Shown here in pieces: positions 36,573-46,356 of a stretch of 64,000 nucleotides of DNA (positions are counted from its first letter, which is position 1; each line of letters begins with the position of its first letter). The DNA lies in contig CAYFMJ010000002.1 of NCBI GenBank assembly GCA_964344235.1, positions 1 through 64,000 of the forward strand. The letters are read 5' to 3'. The position numbers and the translations under genes are program-made. The notes under the pieces were generated by a model. The model had not been told where the DNA came from. It made no database searches and saw nothing but the letters and a program-made list of their open reading frames with translations. This DNA is from an uncultured Methanosarcinales archaeon. GTDB lineage: Archaea; Nanobdellota; Nanobdellia; Woesearchaeales; GW2011-AR9.

Positions 36573-36881
36573 ATGAAGCTACCAAAGACGATTAAACGGT
36601 ATAATCCGAAATTACGGAAGCATACCGTGCATAAAGTAGTACAAGTGAAGAAACGTCAGGCTAGTTCTCTCAAGCGAGGTTCAAAATATCGAGCGAAGAA
36701 ACGAGGAGAAGCACGTGGTGTTGGCGGTCACGGTAGATATTCTAAACCTGCCGTAACAAAGTTCAAACGGACTGGTGCGAAAGCTACCAAGAAAACCAAT
36801 TTAGTCTTTGAATGTACAGAGAGTAAAATGAAATTCTCTCAGAAAAGCGGGAAGCGAACAAAGAGATTGGAATTAATTTAA
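36573..36881 (+). CDS. rpl44e: 50S ribosomal protein L44e
   Basis: HTVHKV, GGHGRYSKP, KATKK; canonical order rpl44e-rps27e-eIF2a-nop10. Confidence 0.92.
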   Translation: MKLPKTIKRYNPKLRKHTVHKVVQVKKRQASSLKRGSKYRAKKRGEARGVGGHGRYSKPAVTKFKRTGAKATKKTNLVFECTESKMKFSQKSGKRTKRLELI

Positions 36882-36882
36882 A

Positions 36883-37059
36883 ATGGCTGAACCAAAAAGC
36901 AAATTTATCAAAGTACGATGTTCCGATTGTAAGAACGAACAGATTATTTTTGGTAACGCAAGTAATGTTGTAAAGTGCTTAGTATGTAGCAAAGAAATGG
37001 CCTACCCAACTGGCGGTAAATCCAAGATTTCTGCACGTGTTTTAGAAGTGTTTGGGTAA
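36883..37059 (+). CDS. rps27e: 30S ribosomal protein S27e
   Basis: Translated by hand: PKSKFIKVRCSDCKNEQIIFG....VKCLVC....PTGGK. Confidence 0.95.
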   Translation: MAEPKSKFIKVRCSDCKNEQIIFGNASNVVKCLVCSKEMAYPTGGKSKISARVLEVFG

Positions 37060-37101
37060 ACGACACAATCTTTTTAAAGAGCTCTCTTCCTTACAGATAA
37101 A

Positions 37102-37881
37102 ATGCTCTATAAATTATCTGGCTTACCGGAAGAAGGAGAAATCGTTCTCTGTAAAGTTACCAAGATCTATCCAAACTCCGTTTTCGTTGATCTCTTAGAA
37201 TACCGTGATTCAGGAATGGTCCACATTTCAGAAGTTTCTCCGGGAAGAATCCGGAACTTACGTGATTATGTAAGTGTCGGTAGACAAATTGTCTGTAAAG
37301 TTCTTAGAATTGATAGAGATCGTGGTCATATCGATCTCTCATTACGACGAGTTAACTCTAATCAGCGAAGAGAAAAATTAGATGAGATTAAACAAGAACT
37401 AAAGTCAGAACAACTTGTTAAAACAATCGCAAAAAAATTAGGAAAAAAGACCGAAGAATTATACAAAGAACTCACTGCGAAAGTGTTCAAAGAGTACTCT
37501 CACTTATACCTATGCTTCAAAGATATTGTTGATGGGGAAGTTGATTTAGCAAAACTTGGTGTCCCAACAAAAATTGCCAAAGAATTTACGGATGCCGTTA
37601 TTGAAAAATTCAAACCGAAGAAAATCACCCTCAAAGGAGAGATCACATTACAGACATACGATCCTGCAGGTATTGAGAAAATTAAAGAAACACTTCTTGC
37701 AATTGAAAAAGTTTCTGACACTATTGATTTATTCTACTTAGGAGCTGGAAGGTATAAATTAACGATTGAAGATTTTGACTATAAGCCAGCTGAGAAAACG
37801 TTAGCAAAAGCTAAAGACATTCTTGAGAAGTTTAATGGCAAACAGTCAACTGCAACATTCCAACGGGAGAAAAACGAATGA
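37102..37881 (+). CDS. eif2a: Translation initiation factor 2 subunit alpha
   Basis: LPEEGEIV, GMVHISEVSPGRIRNLRDY, GHIDLSLRRV, GAGRYKL. Confidence 0.95.
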   Translation: MLYKLSGLPEEGEIVLCKVTKIYPNSVFVDLLEYRDSGMVHISEVSPGRIRNLRDYVSVGRQIVCKVLRIDRDRGHIDLSLRRVNSNQRREKLDEIKQELKSEQLVKTIAKKLGKKTEELYKELTAKVFKEYSHLYLCFKDIVDGEVDLAKLGVPTKIAKEFTDAVIEKFKPKKITLKGEITLQTYDPAGIEKIKETLLAIEKVSDTIDLFYLGAGRYKLTIEDFDYKPAEKTLAKAKDILEKFNGKQSTATFQREKNE

Positions 37882-38054
37882 AGCAACAAATCCATAAATG
37901 TCCTTCTTGTTCACAATACACTCTGAATCAAGCTTGTTCTTGCGGCACGAAAACAGAATTACCCTGTCCACCGAAATTCTCATTACAAGATAAATACGCT
38001 TCCTATAGAAGAGAAGCTAAAAAAGAAAGTCTGAAAGAAAAAGGACTTTACTAA
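37878..38054 (+). CDS. nop10: H/ACA RNP protein Nop10
   Basis: Translated by hand: KCPSCSQYTL...CSCG.....PPKFSLQDKYASYRR; ATGA overlap with eIF2a. Confidence 0.9.
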   Translation: MKQQIHKCPSCSQYTLNQACSCGTKTELPCPPKFSLQDKYASYRREAKKESLKEKGLY

Positions 38055-38812
38055 CCTAAGTTAACATTCAAATCATCGCCTCTCACACGGATTCCCTGTG
38101 CTAGACCCTGTAATTGTAATGTTTCTTCAGCAGCTTTGTCAACCAAAAATTCTCCGTCAAATGAATCGATGAATACTTTATCCCCATCTAACTGCTGCTG
38201 TAATCTCTCACCAACAACTAACTCGCCGCTACCTCGCTCTAATTGCAGATCTTTCAATTCAATCTCATCAATATAGAGGTAATCATATCCTAAATTACTA
38301 AAGGAAATAGCAATCTCTTTTCCCGCTGAGAGTGCAACATCGTTAACTTCTAATCTCTTTGCGGTTCCTTTAATAGAGAAACCAACCCCCTGAAAGTCAA
38401 CGGTTCCTTTGAAATCTTCAATAACTAACGCAACCTCATTTAAGTTACTTAACTCTAATTTATCATTATTCACTTTAATCTCAGCTGCACTATCATCGAA
38501 GCGCAACTGCATATTCTTCACTTTCGCTTCCTCTTTAAACGTCGGCACTTTATCAAACGCCAGAATCATATCTACTCTCTTTGAAGGAGAAGACGTTTTC
38601 GTTGTACTCGTAGTAGCAGTTGTTTCTGCTGCATCGTCCGCTTTTTCCGTTGTATTCCCAATCGAACTTACGATAGCATTTGTAATACTAAATCCATCCC
38701 CATCATTATTCGCTAAGAGTAGAATAAAGATACCACCAACAACCAACGTTACCATCACTATATAGAACCGTACGTGATGATGTGCTGAATGCCCGCCTGC
38801 TGGATGAACCAT
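38051..38812 (-). CDS. Hypothetical membrane-anchored protein
   Basis: N-terminal TM segment, Thr-rich linker, beta-rich domain. Confidence 0.7.
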   Translation of the reverse strand: MVHPAGGHSAHHHVRFYIVMVTLVVGGIFILLLANNDGDGFSITNAIVSSIGNTTEKADDAAETTATTSTTKTSSPSKRVDMILAFDKVPTFKEEAKVKNMQLRFDDSAAEIKVNNDKLELSNLNEVALVIEDFKGTVDFQGVGFSIKGTAKRLEVNDVALSAGKEIAISFSNLGYDYLYIDEIELKDLQLERGSGELVVGERLQQQLDGDKVFIDSFDGEFLVDKAAEETLQLQGLAQGIRVRGDDLNVNLG

Positions 38813-39011
38813 AATATGACCTCGTTTTCAGGGAGTATGAAGTTCTCTAGCGTTAATAAGTTTTTTGGTTGTTAAACAATACTGACCTCTCAGAATTGAG
38901 CATAACCTTTATAAAAAACCCTCCTAACTAACACTCTATCGAGAGGTACACCGGCTACGGCTTGTGTATACTGGAGAGAAGCATAGACTTATTCTCCAAG
39001 AGGCAAATATA

Positions 39012-39464
39012 ATGGCACGAATGCATAGTAGAGATAAAGGAAAAAGTCGAAGTTCCAAACCACCAAAGAGTATCCCCTCCTGGGCACCTCACAAAGGTAA
39101 GGAAGTCGAGAAATTAGTGGTAAAATACGCAAAGGCAGATCACAGCTCCAGCGAAATTGGCATGATCTTACGAGATAATTACGGAATTCAAAGTGTAAAA
39201 GCACTTACCGAAAAAACAATTTCCCAAATCATGGAAGAAAATGGTATCACTAAAACCCTTCCAGAAGATTTACTAAACTTAATCCGAAAAATGATTCATG
39301 TAAAAACACACTTCGAGAAGAACCGACAAGATAAAACAGCGAAGCGTGGTTTACTCTTAACCAGTTCCAAAATCAGACGGTTAGTGAAGTATTACAAAGC
39401 TTCAAAGAAACTACCAGCTGATTGGAAATTAGACATGAATCGATTAAAGATTTACTTAGAATAA
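39012..39464 (+). CDS. rps15: 30S ribosomal protein S15 (S15P/S13e)
   Basis: MARMHSRDKGKSRS, IGMILRDNYG, LPEDLLNLI, SKIRRLVKYYK. Confidence 0.96.
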   Translation: MARMHSRDKGKSRSSKPPKSIPSWAPHKGKEVEKLVVKYAKADHSSSEIGMILRDNYGIQSVKALTEKTISQIMEENGITKTLPEDLLNLIRKMIHVKTHFEKNRQDKTAKRGLLLTSSKIRRLVKYYKASKKLPADWKLDMNRLKIYLE

Positions 39465-39495
39465 GTTTTTTATTTTCTTTTTCAATTAAAAAACA

Positions 39496-39837
39496 ATGGG
39501 TGACTTACCAAAAACAAAATTTACCAAATGCAATCCTGGAGACTATATTATGTCTCTTGACACAACAGTGATTTTCGAGATTGTAAGGTCCGGTGATGCC
39601 ATGCCTACTGCATTTCAAGACCGCGATGGTTGGGCGGGTGGAACTTTTGCTCCAGACACTCCTGTTATGAAGTGTTATTGGGTTCATCCCGAATTTAGAG
39701 ACCAACAACCTCTCTCTGAAGGCCAAACAACCATTGATTACTTCAGGCAAGATTTTTATGGGCCTTTCACAAGAGAATTTGTTGATTTTGGAATTGAGAA
39801 AATGATGGAAGAATATAAGTCTCATGAAAAAGTGTAA
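39496..39837 (+). CDS. Hypothetical protein
   Basis: 113-aa ORF with ATG start filling the gap. Confidence 0.55.
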   Translation: MGDLPKTKFTKCNPGDYIMSLDTTVIFEIVRSGDAMPTAFQDRDGWAGGTFAPDTPVMKCYWVHPEFRDQQPLSEGQTTIDYFRQDFYGPFTREFVDFGIEKMMEEYKSHEKV

Positions 39838-39895
39838 ACAACAAAAAAATAAACTTATAACATAGTTTTGATACTTGCGCTAGTAAGTTCCAAAA

Positions 39896-40183
39896 CTAGA
39901 GCATAGTTTTGATACTCTCAATCGAAGATGCAATGTCTTGACCTTTCTTCGTTAACTCTAATAACTTCAAGCGGCCTTCTTTCTTAAAATTAATTAACTC
40001 TGCTTTCTGCATCTCTTGTAAAATCTTTACAACATGAGAATATGTGCAATCAATTTGCTTTGCCAAGACAGATGCGTAGACATTGCTGTTTGCATTCTTT
40101 AACTCAACCAACATCATTGCCGGCTTCTCTCTGAAAAAAACGTCGAATATTCCTTTTTCTTTGATCAATGTAAAACCCCCCAA
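39896..40183 (-). CDS. Winged-helix (MarR-like) DNA-binding protein
   Basis: YASVLAKQIDCTYSHVVKIL, GRLKLLELTKKG; start uncertain (TTG). Confidence 0.8.
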   Translation of the reverse strand: MGGFTLIKEKGIFDVFFREKPAMMLVELKNANSNVYASVLAKQIDCTYSHVVKILQEMQKAELINFKKEGRLKLLELTKKGQDIASSIESIKTML

Positions 40184-40313
40184 ACATCCACCTAACCCCG
40201 ATCATTCGGGTTGAATAGGTATATTTAAACATTTATTGACTCTAATGGATATTTTGGAGAACACATTCTTATTTAAACTTTCTGGTTCGTTTTTTCACTA
40301 CATATTACCTAAA

Positions 40314-42167
40314 ATGCTTTCTCCAGATGTCAAAGAATTCTTCCCGTACGACCAGATACGAGATGGTCAAAAAGAACTCATTAACGACGTAGAACGTACC
40401 TGCAAGGAACAGAAAATTCTGCTTGCACATGCTCCTACTGGTTTAGGAAAAACTGTAAGCTCTTTAGCAGCAATTCTTTCCTATGCAATCAAAGAAAAGA
40501 AAGTTGTGTTCTTTCTCACTAACAGACACACACAACACCGCATTGCTGTTGAAACGATCAAACACATCCGTGACAAAACGCATGAACCCCTTTCCTGTGT
40601 TGATTTAATTGGAAAACGATGGATGTGTAATCAAGAAGTTTCCAGCTTGTTTGGTAGTGACTTTAACGAGTTCTGCAAGTCAATCGTTGAGAAAGGCGAA
40701 TGTGAATTCTATAACAACATTAGAACAAAGAAAGGCCTCAGCGTACCAGCACAAGCACTGATTAAAGAACTTGAACGGCAAACGCTCCACAACGAAGAAC
40801 TTGTTGCCAGAGGGAAAGAAGAAAAGATGTGCAGTTATGAAATTGCTATGGCCATGGCCAAGAAAGCAACTGTAATTATTGGCGATTATTATTACCTCTT
40901 CAACCCGTTTATTCAAGCTACTCTCTTCACTAAAATGGAAAAAGAGATGGAGGATGCCATTGTGATTGTTGATGAAGGTCACAACCTCCCTGCAAGAGTT
41001 ACAGACATGGTAAGTAATACCCTCACCAGCCTCATGATCAAAAATGCCATTATGGAAGCAAGGAAATACCATTACCAAGGCCTTATTGAGTGGCTACAAA
41101 AGTTACAAGAAATTCTTACTCAATTGGCAGTATTTGATGATGCTTCCAAAGAAAAGAAAGTGAGTCGAGAACAGTTCTCACAGAAGGTAGCGGCGTTTAT
41201 TGACTATGAAAATCTCATTGAAGAGCTAGATGCCGCAGCTGATGAGGTTCGCAAACGGCAGCGAAAAAGTTATCTTGGTGGAATTGCTTCTTTCTTAGAA
41301 GCATGGAATGGTGCAGATGATGGTTTTACTAGAATCATTAACGAAACAGAAACCAAATTCGGTCCGAGTATTGCACTCAAATATCTCTGTTTAGATCCTT
41401 CTATTATTACTAAACCCGTATTTTCCCGTGTTCATGCTGGTGTTATCATGAGTGGTACACTTACTCCTGTCTCTATGTACAGCGACGTATTGGGCATAGA
41501 TAACCCACTTGAGAGAGAGTACCACTCTCCATTTCCACCGGAGAATAAACTTGCTCTTGTTGTTCCTGAGACAACTACCAAATACACTGCCCGTAATAAT
41601 GGCATGTATAAAGAAATTGCAGAACGTTGCTCTACCATCGCTTCACTTGTTCCGGGAAACGTCGCTCTGTTCTTCCCTTCCTATTACGTTCGTGACTGTG
41701 TTGGTGAGTTTTTCCAATCAGAGAAACAATTATTTTGGGAAAAAAGTTCTATGCAGAAAGAAGAAAAAGAACAATTCCTCAGGGACTTTCGGGCAATAAA
41801 AGAAACGGGTGGCGTTCTGTTGGGTGTAACGGGCGCTAACTTCGCTGAAGGTGTTGATTTCCCTGGTGATTTATTGCATGGCGTCGTTGTTATTGGTATC
41901 CCTTTAGCAAAACCAGACTTGAAAACGAAAGAAGTTATCAACTACTACCAGCAAAAATTCGGCAAGGGGTGGGAGTATGGCTATACATTCCCTGCCATCT
42001 CTAAATGTATTCAGTCGGCTGGCAGGTGTATTAGAAGTGAGTCAGATAAAGGTGCCGTTATTTATTTAGACGAACGCTTTGCCTGGTCACGCTATTATGG
42101 TTGCTTACCACGCGAGGGTTTAATCGTTAGCAAAGAGTATACAAAATACTTAACGGAATTCTGGTAA
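40314..42167 (+). CDS. XPD/Rad3-family Fe-S DNA helicase
   Basis: APTGLGKT, four Cys of the Fe-S domain, VDEGHNL, SGTL, AEGVDFPG, QSAGRCIR. Confidence 0.92.
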   Translation: MLSPDVKEFFPYDQIRDGQKELINDVERTCKEQKILLAHAPTGLGKTVSSLAAILSYAIKEKKVVFFLTNRHTQHRIAVETIKHIRDKTHEPLSCVDLIGKRWMCNQEVSSLFGSDFNEFCKSIVEKGECEFYNNIRTKKGLSVPAQALIKELERQTLHNEELVARGKEEKMCSYEIAMAMAKKATVIIGDYYYLFNPFIQATLFTKMEKEMEDAIVIVDEGHNLPARVTDMVSNTLTSLMIKNAIMEARKYHYQGLIEWLQKLQEILTQLAVFDDASKEKKVSREQFSQKVAAFIDYENLIEELDAAADEVRKRQRKSYLGGIASFLEAWNGADDGFTRIINETETKFGPSIALKYLCLDPSIITKPVFSRVHAGVIMSGTLTPVSMYSDVLGIDNPLEREYHSPFPPENKLALVVPETTTKYTARNNGMYKEIAERCSTIASLVPGNVALFFPSYYVRDCVGEFFQSEKQLFWEKSSMQKEEKEQFLRDFRAIKETGGVLLGVTGANFAEGVDFPGDLLHGVVVIGIPLAKPDLKTKEVINYYQQKFGKGWEYGYTFPAISKCIQSAGRCIRSESDKGAVIYLDERFAWSRYYGCLPREGLIVSKEYTKYLTEFW

Positions 42168-42563
42168 GTTGTTAAGAATTGGAAAATACGTTTTTGGCTT
42201 GTCCCTTCGCTTTTTTCGATCATGCTGTGCTTCCTGTAGTAGTATGTCTATTGCCCCCGGACTTTCATCTCTACCACAATCATAATGCCTACACCAAAAT
42301 GGCTTTCTCTCTTCAATCCCACACGTATTTGTCGCCTCATCAAGAAAAAGGCAAGCGATCGACTCGGGCTTTGATACAATGGCCCATTTTCCCCTTCTTC
42401 GCTTAACATTTTCCCTACCAATACGATCTAACTCTTCTTCTGCAACAACCCTCCCGGCTTTGTAGCAACAAGCGTTGTGACAGGAAGATGCGTATTTCAT
42501 CCCACAAACAGCTTGCTTTCCTCCACCAAACTCTTCCATCAAGAAGCGAATATTTCCCTCCAT
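42150..42563 (-). CDS. YkgJ-family cysteine-cluster protein
   Basis: CHNACC, CLFLD..TNTCGIEERKPFWCRHYDC. Confidence 0.8.
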   Translation of the reverse strand: MEGNIRFLMEEFGGGKQAVCGMKYASSCHNACCYKAGRVVAEEELDRIGRENVKRRRGKWAIVSKPESIACLFLDEATNTCGIEERKPFWCRHYDCGRDESPGAIDILLQEAQHDRKKRRDKPKTYFPILNNLPEFR

Positions 42564-42668
42564 TTATACTTTCTGGCAAATTTATTGCTTTGTATACAAA
42601 ACAACAAAAAAGCAACCAGTATACAAAAACGTAACATTTATATACAAGTACTACTTTGAGACTCAATA

Positions 42669-42763
42669 AGGGAAAAAGAGGTGATAGTTACCCTAACTAT
42701 CCACAATAACGGGGCTCCTTCGATTCTACCACCCTCACCCCCTCTAGGGGGCCCCACTTCCCT
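42669..42763. ncRNA. Orphan GC-rich structured RNA candidate (strand uncertain, minus favoured)
   Basis: Closing helix AGGGAA/TTCCCT, perfect 8-bp GATAGTTA/TAACTATC hairpin, GGGGC/GCCCC helix enclosing a CCCCT/AGGGG hairpin; TATA-like CTTTTATAAG at 42791-42800. Confidence 0.4.
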
Positions 42764-42851
42764 ATGATTTCTGAGGCTATTTTTACGATACTTTTATAAG
42801 CAAACCAAGGGTCCAGCGCTTTCTCAAAACAATTTGGAGTGTGAAATAAAA

Positions 42852-43169
42852 ATGGCAAAAGAATTACCAAGAAAGAGACTGTTTACGATGTTAAGAGAAA
42901 AACCAATTGGTAGTGAAGAGGTTCCAGAGATCTCAGAAATCTTTAAAGATCATGGAATCAACATAGATCCAGATACCGAAGGGTTAGTCGCTGAATATGG
43001 TGGTAGACAAGTTGTGATTTATGGTGAGAAAGGCAACCCTGGCGATTGGGTCCAAGCATTAACAGCAACCTACGATCTTAGTCAAATGGGTTTTGCAAAA
43101 GCACCATTTAGAAATTTTGTTGCAGCTGAAGTAGGTGACCGGTTACCTGGTCGTGGTTACCGCGCTTAA
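42852..43169 (+). CDS. Hypothetical protein
   Basis: ATG at 42852 with GGAGTG upstream; open frame. Confidence 0.6.
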   Translation: MAKELPRKRLFTMLREKPIGSEEVPEISEIFKDHGINIDPDTEGLVAEYGGRQVVIYGEKGNPGDWVQALTATYDLSQMGFAKAPFRNFVAAEVGDRLPGRGYRA

Positions 43170-43170
43170 T

Positions 43171-43797
43171 TCACTCAACATATTTCTTATTTTTACTTGC
43201 ATAACTGTAATGTACTTCTCCAAAACCACAACCAACACACGTTGCATCCATATCTACCCAATTCTCTGCATCTTTATACCGCGGTGTCGCTTCTGGCAAG
43301 TACACTTGCACATACACATGCCCCGGCACAAACACAAATCGCGTCCTAAAACCCACAGATTGTAATAAAGAAGATAATAGAATAGAAGAATCATCACAAT
43401 CCCCAACAGAAGAATGAAACGCTTCCTGTGGTGTTTTGTAATACTCATACACTAATGGATCATTAACATACTTAAAATTCTGCTGCACAAAATAAAACAT
43501 CGCTTTGGCAATACACACTCGATGTGTTTCCTTACATGATAACGCAATAATTTTGTCAGCTACTTTCTTAATCTCTGACGTTGTTTGCACATATGAAGTA
43601 ATCCCTCCACTTACCACTGGAATACTCATCTGCGGCACTCCTACCTCTTCTATGCTAGGAATCATAACTGGTTCGGGATTTTGTTTCACTCCATAATACG
43701 GCACAGCCCATAAAACAATGATAAAAATCAGAAACAACCCTAGGAAAATCTTCCACACACCTTTCTTCTCCTCTTCGAAATGTTCTTCTTCCATCAT
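43171..43797 (-). CDS. Transglutaminase-like domain protein, membrane-anchored
   Basis: GDCDDSSIL, GHVYVQV, WVDMDAT. Confidence 0.85.
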   Translation of the reverse strand: MMEEEHFEEEKKGVWKIFLGLFLIFIIVLWAVPYYGVKQNPEPVMIPSIEEVGVPQMSIPVVSGGITSYVQTTSEIKKVADKIIALSCKETHRVCIAKAMFYFVQQNFKYVNDPLVYEYYKTPQEAFHSSVGDCDDSSILLSSLLQSVGFRTRFVFVPGHVYVQVYLPEATPRYKDAENWVDMDATCVGCGFGEVHYSYASKNKKYVE

Positions 43798-44261
43798 AGC
43801 AACCGATAATACTGAACAAACTCTTCTTCAGAAATAACAAAACCGGCGTCAATAAAATGTTTTGCTAGTATTGGTGCATCTTTCGCAACGTCATCACTCT
43901 TTTTAAAATTCAAAATACGTTTTACCGTAAAATCACACAAATACCCTTCATTTATCTTTAACACAATTGACTTCCCATTTTTTTGTTTTAAACTTTTATC
44001 AAACACAACATTCTCACAACAAAAACTACTTTTATTCTTCACAAACCCATGTGACAATAATTCTTTCTCGATTAAACAACGCACCAATTCTTTCTTCGTA
44101 TTATATTCTCCACTTCTTACAATCTCATCTCTTTCAGAAAATTCATGCACTTTCCCTAAATACTTCTTCACCTTCTGCCGCGGCCCTTGGGGTGTTGTTG
44201 TACTTTCTACTAAATACGCATACTGACTTCCGTTAATTCTTTTACAACGAATATAGGCCAT
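43794..44261 (-). CDS. Hypothetical protein
   Basis: YIRCKRINGSQYAYLVES...RQKVKKYLGK; ATGA overlap with the next gene. Confidence 0.7.
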   Translation of the reverse strand: MAYIRCKRINGSQYAYLVESTTTPQGPRQKVKKYLGKVHEFSERDEIVRSGEYNTKKELVRCLIEKELLSHGFVKNKSSFCCENVVFDKSLKQKNGKSIVLKINEGYLCDFTVKRILNFKKSDDVAKDAPILAKHFIDAGFVISEEEFVQYYRLL

Positions 44262-44525
44262 GCAACGAACAACTCATACACTAATATAAATCTTTAGAAA
44301 TCAACGAAAAGAAACAAGTGGGAAAAGAAGTAATTCACGCAACTATTTATTCCTGCCGTTACCACCGCTTTTAGTACGCATATATGCCATATGGGGTAGA
44401 TGTGGAATACATATATATTTCAACGTTTCTCTTCCAACTGTGCTCAACAACAATATTTGGCGTCAGTATTAACAGAGTTTCTTATTATTTTGCCAACTGC
44501 ACAAACACAAAGTTTGGAGGTGGAT

Positions 44526-44843
44526 ATGATAACAATGAAAACGGCACCATTTAATAGGTGTATTGAATGTACCGATGTGATTACTAACCCAGTTTGTCCC
44601 GGCTGTCTAGCAAAAGAGATGCAAGTTATGGTTTCTGAGCACAACGAAGCTCTAGCCATGCAAATCACTGCCCCTCACATCCCGGGAGGAGAGACCATGT
44701 GTATCTCCTGTGGTGATTCCATGAACCTGTGTGCGCACTGTTTCAGTAAGGATGTCTACCTCTTCCTTGAACACCATAACGAACAAATTGCTGAAGAGTT
44801 CATGCGCCGTTTCGACTTTGAATTACGACAAGAATTTTATTAA
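44526..44843 (+). CDS. Cys-rich putative zinc-binding protein
   Basis: CIEC...NPVCPGC...CISC....LCAHC; RBS GGAGGTGG. Confidence 0.7.
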   Translation: MITMKTAPFNRCIECTDVITNPVCPGCLAKEMQVMVSEHNEALAMQITAPHIPGGETMCISCGDSMNLCAHCFSKDVYLFLEHHNEQIAEEFMRRFDFELRQEFY

Positions 44844-46282
44844 CAATTAATACCAATCACGCTGCTAATCTCCTCAGAGGTAAAACACTGCTGCAGCACT
44901 TTACAATATTGCGAATATTCTTTCTCAGGATTCTTAATGAAACCACTCAACACATATTCTGATGGTAACACATACATTCTTTTACTTTTATGTGTTTTCT
45001 CAATGGAACCACACGTTAAACTCTGCACAGTCTTCTGGAATGCCTGCCAACTGTTGAACTTCACACTATAATCAGCTTCAACACCTGTTTCACACTGCTG
45101 CTTTGACCGTAAGATCAAATCGCTCTTGCCGGGAGTTTTCACAACATGATATGATGCACTATTTGGTCCATCCACCGTTTGCACACAGATATGGAACGCA
45201 TCAACTTTGTCATAAAACGCGTTCTTCGTGAGATACGTCCCCAATTCCGCTTTCATAGAACTATGTAATTGCGCTTCTGACTGGAAATACACTGCATGTC
45301 CTGTTGCTCCTTTCAAGATAAAGAACACGCCAACCAACACTAAAATACTGAACCCAGCAATAAACGCTACTTTGTGGATATCTACATCAACCTCAGCACT
45401 ACCGTCAGCCCGAGGGGAACCAGCTTTCTTATATTTCTTATAATTATGCCGCATCGTCTCCTTATACGCCCATTGAACATCATTTGGATGCCAACCTGCT
45501 TTCACTAAATTCGATTTAATATGGGGAAACTTCTTTCCCGCAGCAATGTGTTTTGTAATGTAATTCTTTACCTCTGGATGAACTTTCGGTGAACCTTTAG
45601 ACTTCATTACATACTTAATACCAAAGAACGCTACCATAAACACTAATAGTGCAAACAAACCGACTGTTAAAAATTTTGTAAATGCTCTTTCTTTATCAAC
45701 ATCCTGTTCCACATTCTTCAACTCTGCCTGTGCAGCTTCCACATCTTCTTGCAACCCTGCTAACCCCACTGTGTTCTCTTGTACATCTCCTTCAATCGAA
45801 CCTTGCATTGAGTTTAGTAATTGAATATTGTCGTTAAGATCATTGATTTGCTGCTGCAATACCAAAATGTTACTTTCTGTCTGCATGACTCTACTCTCCA
45901 AATCAGCAGAACTTGCTTCCAGGATACTTACCTCCTCTTGTAATTCATCAATTACTTGTTGATCAACACTTGGTGTTACTTCTGTTACATTTGTGTCATT
46001 AATCTCTTCTCCTCCACCAAAGAAATTTTCAAAAAATAACTCCTCTTCCGTCCCCCCAACAGATTCATCATCAATATCATTAGGATTCTGCCACATACAT
46101 GTCAACGTCTCAACGCCACAATAACAGATTTCATCACTACTTCCCGTAAACACTTCACATGGCAAAGAACAGTCAGCATTACTTGTACACATCTCCTCCA
46201 AATTAATATCTGCACCCAAGACAAACGAACCGCCACCTATAGTAAACAGCAATACAAACAGCACATACACACTTTTTTTCAT
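44840..46282 (-). CDS. Hypothetical membrane protein with Cys-rich N-terminus and coiled coil
   Basis: Signal peptide, long heptad region, two further TM segments. Confidence 0.75.
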   Translation of the reverse strand: MKKSVYVLFVLLFTIGGGSFVLGADINLEEMCTSNADCSLPCEVFTGSSDEICYCGVETLTCMWQNPNDIDDESVGGTEEELFFENFFGGGEEINDTNVTEVTPSVDQQVIDELQEEVSILEASSADLESRVMQTESNILVLQQQINDLNDNIQLLNSMQGSIEGDVQENTVGLAGLQEDVEAAQAELKNVEQDVDKERAFTKFLTVGLFALLVFMVAFFGIKYVMKSKGSPKVHPEVKNYITKHIAAGKKFPHIKSNLVKAGWHPNDVQWAYKETMRHNYKKYKKAGSPRADGSAEVDVDIHKVAFIAGFSILVLVGVFFILKGATGHAVYFQSEAQLHSSMKAELGTYLTKNAFYDKVDAFHICVQTVDGPNSASYHVVKTPGKSDLILRSKQQCETGVEADYSVKFNSWQAFQKTVQSLTCGSIEKTHKSKRMYVLPSEYVLSGFIKNPEKEYSQYCKVLQQCFTSEEISSVIGINC

Positions 46283-46334
46283 AGTCCTCTTTTTCCTACA
46301 TTAAAGAAGTCCTTTTTTGATTTATATACTTTCC

Positions 46335-46343
46335 TATAATTCC
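46335..46343. repeat. Left target-site duplication TATAATTCC
   Basis: Identical 9-mer at 52187-52195; each copy directly abuts a terminal inverted repeat. Confidence 0.9.
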
Positions 46344-46356
46344 GGCTTTGCACAAA
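46344..46356 (+). repeat. Left terminal inverted repeat GGCTTTGCACAAA
   Basis: Reverse complement of 52174-52186. Confidence 0.9.

Noticed and set aside
44497-44506. CTGCACAAAC as another transposon end
   Set aside because: Single partial match with no GGCTT terminus or TSD; likely chance.
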